This document shows positions 9,253 to 17,352 of a stretch of 36,237 bases of DNA, piece after piece (position 1 is the stretch's first letter; every line of letters starts with the position of its first letter). The notes below the pieces were generated by a model, which was not told the origin of the DNA, did no database searches, and worked only from the letters and a program-made list of their open reading frames with translations. Source of the DNA: Pseudomonas phage vB_PaeM-D14A; sequence record BK061475.1. One strand, 5' to 3'. Both the position numbers and the translations under genes were made by a program.

Positions 9253-9772
9253 CCTGAAGGCACATCTGCTCGCCGCCGTGCCGGAACTCAGGAACAACGG
9301 CGACCGCCTGGTTATATTCATCGACAACGGCAGGGTCCGCAGCACCTCGGCCGAGAGCCTGTCCTTCGAATACGCGTATGACCTGCAGGTGATCCTCACC
9401 GACTTCGCCGGGCACCCCGACAGCGTGTTTCTGCCGCTGCTCGGCTGGCTGCTGGTGAACCAGTCGGATCTGCTGGCCAACCTCACCAAGGTGCAGGACG
9501 GCATCACCTTCGAGGCCGACATGCTCGACCGCAGCAAGGTCGACCTCGGTATCGTTCTGCCGCTGACCGAGCGTGTCGTCGTCAAGCGCCGCGAGGATGG
9601 CCGCTACGACGTGAGTCACCCGGAAGAGCCCCAGCTCACCGAGGCCATCGAGGTCGATGGGCCGATGCAGATGCTCGCCAACGGCGAGCTGCTGGCCGAG
9701 TGGACACCGCCGAAGCCCACCGAGGCCGTCATGCTCGAGACGCCGCAGATCAGGTGTCCGGCCAATGGCTGA
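9236..9772 (+). CDS. R: tail completion protein R
   Basis: 178 aa. Order R-S-V-W-J-I-H-G as in P2. Confidence 0.7.
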   Translation: MNKPDSLKAHLLAAVPELRNNGDRLVIFIDNGRVRSTSAESLSFEYAYDLQVILTDFAGHPDSVFLPLLGWLLVNQSDLLANLTKVQDGITFEADMLDRSKVDLGIVLPLTERVVVKRREDGRYDVSHPEEPQLTEAIEVDGPMQMLANGELLAEWTPPKPTEAVMLETPQIRCPANG

Positions 9773-10223
9773 CAGCCTCGAGGCTCTGGAAGACTGGGCA
9801 GGGCCGATTCTCCGCGCCCTCGAGCCAGGCCCTCGTGCTGCCCTCGCGCGTTCGCTGGCCCGCGATCTACGGCGCAGCCAGCAGAAGCGCGTAATGGCAC
9901 AGCGCAACCCCGACGGCAGCGCCTACGAGCCACGCAAGAAGCGCGAACTGCGCGGCAAACAAGGCCGTATTCGGCGCAAGATCAAGATGTTCCAGAAGCT
10001 GCGCACGGTGCGCTATCTGCGCGCCAAGGGCGACGCCCAGGCGATTACGGTTTCCTTCGCCGGCCGGGTCACGCGGATCGCGCGAGTCCACCAGTACGGG
10101 CTGAAGGATCGCGCCGAGCGTGGCGCCCCAGATGTCCGTTATGCACAGCGGCGTCTACTCGGTTTCACCGAAGCCGACCTTGAGATGATCCGTGAGGGGC
10201 TGCTCGCTCACATTCCAGCCTGA
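9765..10223 (+). CDS. S: tail completion / virion morphogenesis protein S
   Basis: ATG at 9765 (MADSLEALEDW...), 152 aa, overlapping the R stop. The upstream extension of ORF 9657 was rejected. Confidence 0.7.
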   Translation: MADSLEALEDWAGPILRALEPGPRAALARSLARDLRRSQQKRVMAQRNPDGSAYEPRKKRELRGKQGRIRRKIKMFQKLRTVRYLRAKGDAQAITVSFAGRVTRIARVHQYGLKDRAERGAPDVRYAQRRLLGFTEADLEMIREGLLAHIPA

Positions 10224-10227
10224 GCAT

Positions 10228-10246
10228 GTACGCGTGGCCGCTACAA
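10228..10246. promoter_or_regulatory. TGT-N13-ACA dyad (ATGTAC-N9-CTACAA) upstream of the V operon
   Basis: Same dyad architecture as at 3541 and 14998, in the S-V intergenic region. Confidence 0.45.
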
Positions 10247-10292
10247 ACGCCGCTGGCTGCCTCCCGCGCGCGCGTCGCCCACTATCGGCGGC

Positions 10293-10865
10293 ATGAACGA
10301 CTTCGCCGCCCTCTCCCGCATGATCGAGAACCTGATCCGCCTCGGCACCATCGCCGCGGTGGACCATGCCGCGCAGCGCGTCCGTGTGTTGACCGGTGAC
10401 CTGCTGACCGGCTGGCTGCCCTGGGCATCGCCGCGGGCCGGCGCCGACCGCGAATGGAACGCCCCCACCCTGAACGAGCAGGTACTGCTCTTCAGCCCAT
10501 CCGGGCAGACCGCAAATGGCGTGGTCCTGACCGGCTTGTTCAGTGACCTGATCCCACCCAACGGCGACCGCGACGCCCTGCATCGCACCACCTACCGCGA
10601 CGGCGCGGTGATCGAGTACGACAGCGCCGCCCACCACCTGCGCGCAGTTCTTCCCGCCGGCGGTACCACCGAGCTCATCAGCGACGGCGGCATCCGCATC
10701 GTCGGCGACATCACCCACCAGGGCGACTACATCCAGACCGGCAACCAGACCATCACCGGCAAGGTCACAGTGAGCGTCGACGTGATCGCCAAGGGCATCA
10801 GCCTGGCCGGTCATACCCACGGCGGCGTCATGCCGGGCGGCGCTACGACGGGGAAACCGCAATGA
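10293..10865 (+). CDS. V: baseplate spike/assembly protein V
   Basis: 190 aa. Position and size. Confidence 0.75.
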   Translation: MNDFAALSRMIENLIRLGTIAAVDHAAQRVRVLTGDLLTGWLPWASPRAGADREWNAPTLNEQVLLFSPSGQTANGVVLTGLFSDLIPPNGDRDALHRTTYRDGAVIEYDSAAHHLRAVLPAGGTTELISDGGIRIVGDITHQGDYIQTGNQTITGKVTVSVDVIAKGISLAGHTHGGVMPGGATTGKPQ

Positions 10866-11206
10866 ACGCCCATACCGGCGGCACCATCGACCGCTTGGCA
10901 CACATCCGCCAGTCGATCGCCGACATCCTCACCACTCGCATTGGTAGCCGCGTCATGCGGCGCGAATACGGCAGCCAGTTGCCGGAGCTGATCGATGCTC
11001 CGTTCAACGACACCACCCGCCTGCAGGTCTATGCCGCCACCGCCATGGCCCTCATGCGCTGGGAACCGCGCATCCGCCTGAGCCGTGTCCAGGTCACCGG
11101 CCAGAACCTGGCCGGCCAGGTGCTCATGGAGATTGACGCCACCCTGGTGGACAGCAACGAGCCGCACAACCTGAGCATCCCCCTGCAGATGGGCGCCAGC
11201 GCATGA
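10862..11206 (+). CDS. W: baseplate protein W (GPW/gp25 family)
   Basis: 114 aa. Overlapping starts and stops with V and J. Confidence 0.75.
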   Translation: MNAHTGGTIDRLAHIRQSIADILTTRIGSRVMRREYGSQLPELIDAPFNDTTRLQVYAATAMALMRWEPRIRLSRVQVTGQNLAGQVLMEIDATLVDSNEPHNLSIPLQMGASA

Positions 11207-12120
11207 CAACGAACTTCGTCGCCATCGACCTCAGCCAGTTGCCACCACCACACGCGGTGGAGCAGTTGGACTACGAGCAGATACTCGCCGAGCGCAAGGC
11301 CTACGCCATCAGCCTCTGGCCAGAAGACCAGCAGGCGGAAATCACCGCCCGCCTCGCCCTGGAGTCCGAGCCGCTGACCAAGCTGCTCGAGGAAAACGCG
11401 TACCGCGAAATGCTCTGGCGCCAGCGGGTCAACGAGGCGGCTCTCGCCAACATGCTGGCCAGCGCCCAGGGCGCCGACCTCGACCAGCTCGCCGCGAACT
11501 ACAACGTCAAGCGCCTGGTCATCCAGCCCGGAGATCCGTCGAAGGTTCCGCCTGTGCCGGAACAGCTGGAGTCCGACGACAGCCTGCGCGAGCGCGCGCA
11601 GATGGCCTGGGAAGGCCTCAGTACCGCGGGACCGCGTAACAGCTACATCTTCCACGCCCGCGCCGCCGACGGCCGCGTCGGCGATGCCTCAGCCGTCAGC
11701 CCCTCGCCCGCAGTTGCAGTGATCACCGTGCAGTCGGCCATCGGTAACGGCACCGCGCCAGCAGAGCTGCTGGCCGTCGTAGAGCGCTATCTCTCAGACG
11801 AAGATCGCCGCCCAGTCGCCGACCGACTGATCGTCCAGAGCGCCGAAGTCATCGAGTACAGCATCAGCGCATCGCTGTTTCTTACGACCATCGGCCCCGA
11901 AGCCGAGCCGATCCAGGCCGCCGCCCGCGCGCAGCTCGAGGCCTATGTCTTTCAACGACGGCGGTTGGGGATGGAAGTATCAGAGTCGGCGATCCATGCC
12001 GCGCTGCACGTCGAAGGGGTTCGTAAAGTCGAACTCGCCGGCTGGGCAGACATCGCCGCCACTGCAAGCCAGGCGCCGTACTGCACGAACATCACGCTCA
12101 CTATCGGTACCGAGCCATGA
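11203..12120 (+). CDS. J: baseplate protein J
   Basis: 305 aa versus 302 aa in P2. Confidence 0.8.
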   Translation: MTTNFVAIDLSQLPPPHAVEQLDYEQILAERKAYAISLWPEDQQAEITARLALESEPLTKLLEENAYREMLWRQRVNEAALANMLASAQGADLDQLAANYNVKRLVIQPGDPSKVPPVPEQLESDDSLRERAQMAWEGLSTAGPRNSYIFHARAADGRVGDASAVSPSPAVAVITVQSAIGNGTAPAELLAVVERYLSDEDRRPVADRLIVQSAEVIEYSISASLFLTTIGPEAEPIQAAARAQLEAYVFQRRRLGMEVSESAIHAALHVEGVRKVELAGWADIAATASQAPYCTNITLTIGTEP

Positions 12121-12734
12121 CCGCGCTTCCACTGCTGCCTCGCAACGCCTCCGAGCTCGAACGCCTGGCAGCCCAGGCGCTGGCGGAGATACAGCGGGTA
12201 CCGATCCCGCTGCGCACGCTCTGCAACCCTGATACCTGCCCTGCGAATCTGCTTCCGTACCTCGCGTGGGCGTTTTCCGTTGACCGCTGGAGCAGCGCGT
12301 GGCCTGAATCGGCACGCCGCGGCGCCATCCGCTCGGCATTCTTCATCCATTCGCGCAAGGGCACGATCGGCGCCTTGCGCCGCGTAGTTGAACCACTGGG
12401 GTATCTGATCGAGGTCCGTGAGTGGTGGCAGCAGGCGCCGGCCGGCATCCCCGGAACCTTCGAACTGCTGGTCGGCGTACTCGAAACCGGTATCACCGAA
12501 GAGATGTACGAGGAACTGACCTGGCTGATCGACGACGCCAAGCCGTTGACCCGGCACCTCGTCGGCCTCGCCATCAGCCTTGAGAGCACCGGCAGCGTGC
12601 GCCTGGGCGCCGCCGTCTACGACGGCGACGAAATCGACGTTTATCCCCCGAGCCCCCGCGACATCGAAGTCACCGGCACCATCGGCCGGGGCGGTCGCGA
12701 TCACACCATCGATACCCTGGATGTGTACCCATGA
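12117..12734 (+). CDS. I: baseplate/tail protein I
   Basis: 205 aa. Position. Confidence 0.7.
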   Translation: MTALPLLPRNASELERLAAQALAEIQRVPIPLRTLCNPDTCPANLLPYLAWAFSVDRWSSAWPESARRGAIRSAFFIHSRKGTIGALRRVVEPLGYLIEVREWWQQAPAGIPGTFELLVGVLETGITEEMYEELTWLIDDAKPLTRHLVGLAISLESTGSVRLGAAVYDGDEIDVYPPSPRDIEVTGTIGRGGRDHTIDTLDVYP

Positions 12735-14548
12735 TCGATCAGAATTCACAGTTCTTCGCCATCCTGACCAACATCGGCGCGGCCAAGCAGGCCAACGCCG
12801 ATGCGCTGGGCATCCCATGGAAGATTACCCAGATGGGCGTGGGTGACGCGGGCGGCACCGACCCGATTCCCTCCCCCACCCAGACCGCGCTGGTCAACGA
12901 GCGACGCCGGGCGCCGCTCAACCAGTTGAAGGTGGATCCGCAGAATGCGGCGGTGATCATCGCCGAACAGATCATCCCGGAGAACGTCGGCGGCTGGTGG
13001 ATCCGTGAAATCGGGCTCTACGATGCCGACAACGACCTTGTCGCGGTCGCAAACTGCGCGCCCAGCTTCAAACCGTTGCTGAATCAGGGATCGGGACGTA
13101 CGCAGGTTGTGCGCATGAACCTGATCGTCAGCAACTCCGCCAACGTCGAGTTGAAGATCGATCCTGCAGTGGTGCTTGCCACGCGCGCCTATGTACTCGA
13201 CCAGTTGAAGAGCTACGCCCCGCTCTTCTCACCGGCATTCAGCGGAGCACCAACAGCCCCCACCCCACCATTGTTCGCACACGACCAGAAGCTTGCGACG
13301 ACCGAGTACGTCAGAATGGCCCTGGGTAGCGCCGCGCGCGCAATCTCATACACCGGCAATACGGTGCTGGATGAACCGGTAATCGGTTCGATCCTCGTCG
13401 CGGGCTCGCATGACCGCGATTTCACATGGACCACGCCGAACCTATCTGTTCTTCCAACTGGCGCGTCGTTCCACATCGTCAACATCAGCGGTTCGACACT
13501 GACGCTGGTCCAGCGTACCGCTGCGGATCACTACATCAGCGCGGACGACCCGTCCGGCGTCGCAATCTCGTACACGATACCGAACAACGTCACCGCAACT
13601 ATCTCGAAGTACCAGCCAGGCCTGTGGCTAATCAGCCATGTGTCACGCCCGACCGCTGCGCTGAAGAGCCTCGTGGATGGGCTGATCGACGGAACGAAGC
13701 CCGCAGGGAAAGCCGTGCAACTCGCGAACTCTCGCAAGCTCACGCTGAGTGGCCAAGCCAGCGGCAGTGTTCAGTTCGATGGCTCGAGCGACGTAACGAT
13801 CGACGTCCGGCTCGCCGATAACCTCGTCCTGACGGGCTCCCCCAGCGCACCGACGCCGGCGGCGTTCGATAGGGATTCGTCGATCGCCACGACCGAATAT
13901 GTGCGTGCCGCTCTCGGTAGCATGGCCGGCGCAGCGGTGCTGACGGGCGATGCTATCCTCGACGCCCCCCTCGTCGGCCTGACTGTGGTGGCCGGCGCAC
14001 ATAACCGAGAGGCGACGTGGACGACTCCGCAACTTTCGGCGCTCCCACAAGGCGCCTCGCTGCGCTTGGTCAACCTGAGCGGCTTCACCGTAACGCTGGT
14101 GCAACGCTCGACAACCGACCGCTTCATCAGCGCAACCGACCCCTCCGGGACTGCTACCACCTACATCATCCCCAACGGCACGTCGATTTCCCTCACGAAA
14201 TACCAGGCGTCGATGTGGCTTATCGAAGCCACCCCGGCATTCCCCGCGCTGCGCTCGTCGCCGGGCTATCAGAAGCTGCCGAGCGGCCTGATTCTGCAGT
14301 TCGGCAGCGTCAGCATTCCGCCCGGCACCGGCGAAAGCACCGGATGGGCCACGCTACCCATCGCGTTCCCCAACGGTCCATTGACTGTCGTGCCGTCGCT
14401 GCAATACGGCGGGACCAGTTCGAGCTGGTACGGGTTCAGCGTCTGGTCAGGAAGCATTACGCCCACGGCGATCGCCTGCTCACTGAACAGCGGTTCGACG
14501 CCACGCGAGATGGCCGGCGTCGTGAACTACGTCGCAATCGGTTACTGA
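12731..14548 (+). CDS. H: tail fiber protein H with an internally duplicated distal domain
   Basis: 605 aa. Conserved P2-H-like N-terminus. Two diverged tandem copies of about 135 aa (aa ~175-310 and ~365-500). Confidence 0.8.
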   Translation: MIDQNSQFFAILTNIGAAKQANADALGIPWKITQMGVGDAGGTDPIPSPTQTALVNERRRAPLNQLKVDPQNAAVIIAEQIIPENVGGWWIREIGLYDADNDLVAVANCAPSFKPLLNQGSGRTQVVRMNLIVSNSANVELKIDPAVVLATRAYVLDQLKSYAPLFSPAFSGAPTAPTPPLFAHDQKLATTEYVRMALGSAARAISYTGNTVLDEPVIGSILVAGSHDRDFTWTTPNLSVLPTGASFHIVNISGSTLTLVQRTAADHYISADDPSGVAISYTIPNNVTATISKYQPGLWLISHVSRPTAALKSLVDGLIDGTKPAGKAVQLANSRKLTLSGQASGSVQFDGSSDVTIDVRLADNLVLTGSPSAPTPAAFDRDSSIATTEYVRAALGSMAGAAVLTGDAILDAPLVGLTVVAGAHNREATWTTPQLSALPQGASLRLVNLSGFTVTLVQRSTTDRFISATDPSGTATTYIIPNGTSISLTKYQASMWLIEATPAFPALRSSPGYQKLPSGLILQFGSVSIPPGTGESTGWATLPIAFPNGPLTVVPSLQYGGTSSSWYGFSVWSGSITPTAIACSLNSGSTPREMAGVVNYVAIGY

Positions 14549-14557
14549 GGACAGACC

Positions 14558-14992
14558 ATGTCGCACTTTTTCGGCACGAACCCCATCGCCTTCTACGACA
14601 CAGCGATCAACACCGATATCCCCGACGACGCAGTCGAGATCACCGCAGACGAGCACGCGGACCTGCTCGCGGCTCAGGCACGTGGCAAACGCATCGCGGT
14701 CGGCAAAGACGGGCGGCCGATCCTGCTGGACCCACCAGCTCCCACACGGGACGAACGGGAGAGCTTCGAGCGCATCTGGCGCGACGCACGGTTGCGCGAA
14801 ACAGACTCACTGGTTGCCCGGCACCGCGATGAGATCGAGGCCGGGGACGTGCCCACGCTCGACGCCGAGAAATACAGCGCACTACAGACCTACCGGCGCG
14901 CACTCCGGGACTGGCCGGAAGCTGGAGAGTTTCCGCTCGTAGAACACCGGCCGAGAGCGCCGGAATGGCTGGCAGGCGAACTGGCGTCCTGA
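14558..14992 (+). CDS. G: tail fiber assembly chaperone G
   Basis: 144 aa, immediately after the fiber gene. Confidence 0.7.
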   Translation: MSHFFGTNPIAFYDTAINTDIPDDAVEITADEHADLLAAQARGKRIAVGKDGRPILLDPPAPTRDERESFERIWRDARLRETDSLVARHRDEIEAGDVPTLDAEKYSALQTYRRALRDWPEAGEFPLVEHRPRAPEWLAGELAS

Positions 14993-14997
14993 CATTT

Positions 14998-15016
14998 TGT
15001 AGAGCGCCGTGCCACA
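14998..15016. promoter_or_regulatory. TGT-N13-ACA dyad (TTGTAG-N9-CCACAA) upstream of the sheath operon
   Basis: Third copy of the late-promoter-like dyad, in the G-FI intergenic region. Confidence 0.45.
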
Positions 15017-15054
15017 AGGCGCCTCGCTCGCTGTTCCACCGCGCGCGCGGCAGC

Positions 15055-15083
15055 CTGTGCAGTGTCATCCAACCACTGCACAG
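15055..15083 (+). promoter_or_regulatory. 10-bp perfect inverted repeat CTGTGCAGTG-N9-CACTGCACAG in the predicted leader of the sheath gene
   Basis: Read in sequence. Ends 10 nt before the FI ATG. Confidence 0.4.
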
Positions 15084-15092
15084 GCACACCCC

Positions 15093-16268
15093 ATGGCCGC
15101 TGACCAATATCATCACGGTGTCCGGGTCCAAGAGATCAATGACGGGACCCGCCCCATTCGCACCATCGCCACCGCGATCATCGGCCTGGTAGCCACCGCC
15201 GAAGACGCCGACGCCACCGCCTTTCCACTCGATACGCCGGTACTCATCACCAACGTGCAGGCTGCCATCGGCAAGGCGGGCACCAGCGGTACGCTGCCCG
15301 CAAGCCTGCAAGCAATCGCCGACCAGGCCAACGCCGCAACCGTTGTGGTGCGGGTGAAGCCGGGCGAGGATGAAGCCGCGACCAACAGCGCGGTCATCGG
15401 CGGCGTCAGCGCCGAAGGCAAGTACACCGGCATGAAGGCCTTGCTTGCCGCCAAGGCCCGCTTGGGCGTGGTACCGCGCATCCTCGGCGTGCCGGGCCTG
15501 GATACCCAGCCGGTCGCTACCGCACTCATCGCCATCGCCCAGCAACTGCGCGCCTTCGCTTATGTCTCCGCCAGCGGCTGCAAGACAAAGGAAGAGGCCA
15601 CCGCCTACCGCGAGAACTTCGCCGCGCGCGAAGCCATGGTGATCTGGCCGGACTTCCTGACGTGGAGCACCGTGGTCAACCAGACCGTGCCTGCGCCAGC
15701 TGTTGCCCAGGCACTGGGCTTGCGCGCCCGGATCGATCAGGATGTCGGTTGGCACAAGACCCTGTCGAACGTCGCCGTCAACGGCGTGACCGGCATCAGC
15801 GCCGACGTGTTCTGGGACTTACAGAGCCCCAGCACCGACGCCAACTACCTCAACGAGAACGAGGTCACCACCCTGGTGCAGGAAGGCGGATTCCGTTTCT
15901 GGGGCTCGCGCACCTGCAGCGATGATCCGCTGTTCGCCTTCGAGAACTACACCCGCACCGCCCAGGTGCTGGCCGACACCATCGCCGAGGCGCACATGTG
16001 GGCGGTCGACAAGCCCATGCACCCGTCGCTTGTGCGCGACATCCTCGAGGGCGTGAACGCCAAGTTCCGCGAGCTCAAGGGGCTCGGCCTGATCATCGAC
16101 GCCCAAGCCTGGTACGACCCCAACGTGAACGACAAGGACACGCTCAAGGCCGGCAAGCTGCGCATCACCTACGACTACACCCCGGTGCCGCCGCTCGAGG
16201 ATCTGACCTTCTTCCAGAAGATCACCGACAGCTACCTCGTCGACTTCGCCAGCCGCGTCAACGCCTGA
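15093..16268 (+). CDS. FI: tail sheath protein FI
   Basis: ATG at 15093 (MAADQYHHGVRVQEINDGT...), 391 aa versus 396 aa in P2. The 5' extension of ORF 15009 was rejected. Confidence 0.85.
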   Translation: MAADQYHHGVRVQEINDGTRPIRTIATAIIGLVATAEDADATAFPLDTPVLITNVQAAIGKAGTSGTLPASLQAIADQANAATVVVRVKPGEDEAATNSAVIGGVSAEGKYTGMKALLAAKARLGVVPRILGVPGLDTQPVATALIAIAQQLRAFAYVSASGCKTKEEATAYRENFAAREAMVIWPDFLTWSTVVNQTVPAPAVAQALGLRARIDQDVGWHKTLSNVAVNGVTGISADVFWDLQSPSTDANYLNENEVTTLVQEGGFRFWGSRTCSDDPLFAFENYTRTAQVLADTIAEAHMWAVDKPMHPSLVRDILEGVNAKFRELKGLGLIIDAQAWYDPNVNDKDTLKAGKLRITYDYTPVPPLEDLTFFQKITDSYLVDFASRVNA

Positions 16269-16324
16269 CACCCAGCGCTCCCCGGACGGGGAGCCGACCC
16301 ACCTGATTCCCGGAGAGCCCTACC

Positions 16325-16840
16325 ATGGCCATGCCGCGCAAGCTCAAGAACATGAACCTCTTCAACGACGGCGGTAGCTACCAGGGCGTCGTGAAGTCCT
16401 GCACCCTGCCCCCGCTGGCCCGCAAGATGGAGGCCTTCCGCGGGGGCGGCATGAACGGCCCGGTCAAGGCCGACCTCGGCTTCGACGATGACGGCATCCA
16501 GTTCGAGTGGACCCTCGGCGGCCTGGATCTGACAGCCCTCAAGCAGTACGGCGCAGTCAGTGCCAGCGGCGTCATGCTGCGCTTCGCCGGCTCATTCCAG
16601 CAAGACGATACCGGCGAAGTCACGCCCGTCGAAATCGTCGTTCGCGGCCGGCACGAGACCATCGAAATGGGTGACGCCCAGCCCGGCGAAGACACCGAGC
16701 ACAAGATCACCACCACCTGCAGCTACTACAAGCTCGTCGTCAACGGCGAGGAAGTCATCGAGATCGACTTGCTGAACTTCGTCGAGAAGGTCAACGGCAA
16801 GGACCTGCTCGAGGCACAGCGCAAGGCCATCGGCCTGTAA
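16325..16840 (+). CDS. FII: tail tube protein FII
   Basis: 171 aa versus 172 aa in P2. Confidence 0.85.
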   Translation: MAMPRKLKNMNLFNDGGSYQGVVKSCTLPPLARKMEAFRGGGMNGPVKADLGFDDDGIQFEWTLGGLDLTALKQYGAVSASGVMLRFAGSFQQDDTGEVTPVEIVVRGRHETIEMGDAQPGEDTEHKITTTCSYYKLVVNGEEVIEIDLLNFVEKVNGKDLLEAQRKAIGL

Positions 16841-16894
16841 TCCCTTCCCGCCGGCCCGGCCGGCGGTTTCTCTCCCCCTTGGATACCGACGCCC

Positions 16895-17224
16895 ATGAAA
16901 ACCGAACAGACTCCCGCTGACCTGCAGAACGCTCCCGACAACGTCGTCCCCCTCGACCAGCCGATCAAGCGCGGCGCCCAGTCCATCGAATCGCTCACCC
17001 TGCGCAAGCCCTCATCTGGCGAACTGCGCGGCCTGCACCTGCTCGACCTGCTGCAGTTCGATGTGGCCGCGACCATCAAAATCCTGCCGCGCATCAGCCA
17101 GCCGACCATCACCGAGCCCGAGGCCACCGGCATGGACCCGGCCGACCTCCTTGCCTGCGGCCAGGTGATCGCCGGTTTTTTGCTGCAGAAGCGGGCGAAG
17201 GCGGCAGCCTCCCTGATCGCGTAG
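16895..17224 (+). CDS. E: tail assembly chaperone E
   Basis: 109 aa. Contains the slippery run GGTTTTTTG (17176-17182). Confidence 0.7.
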   Translation: MKTEQTPADLQNAPDNVVPLDQPIKRGAQSIESLTLRKPSSGELRGLHLLDLLQFDVAATIKILPRISQPTITEPEATGMDPADLLACGQVIAGFLLQKRAKAAASLIA

Positions 17225-17352
17225 AAAACGCCATGGCCGACCTGGCCGTGACGTTTCACTGGGCGCCGGACCATATGGACCGGCTCTCGCTCACCGAACT
17301 GATGGAGTGGCGCGAACGCGCCCGGGTACGGAGTTCCGCCGATGGCGAATGA
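16895..17352 (+). CDS. E': tail assembly chaperone E+E' fusion via a programmed -1 frameshift at TTTTTTG (17176-17182)
   Basis: The -1 frame stays open from the slippery site to the TGA at 17350-17352, which overlaps the tape-measure ATG. This is the same arrangement as P2 E/E'. Confidence 0.6.

Noticed and set aside
14640-15755. 371-aa ORF on the minus strand
   Set aside because: Spans G, the G-FI intergenic region and the sheath gene on the wrong strand.
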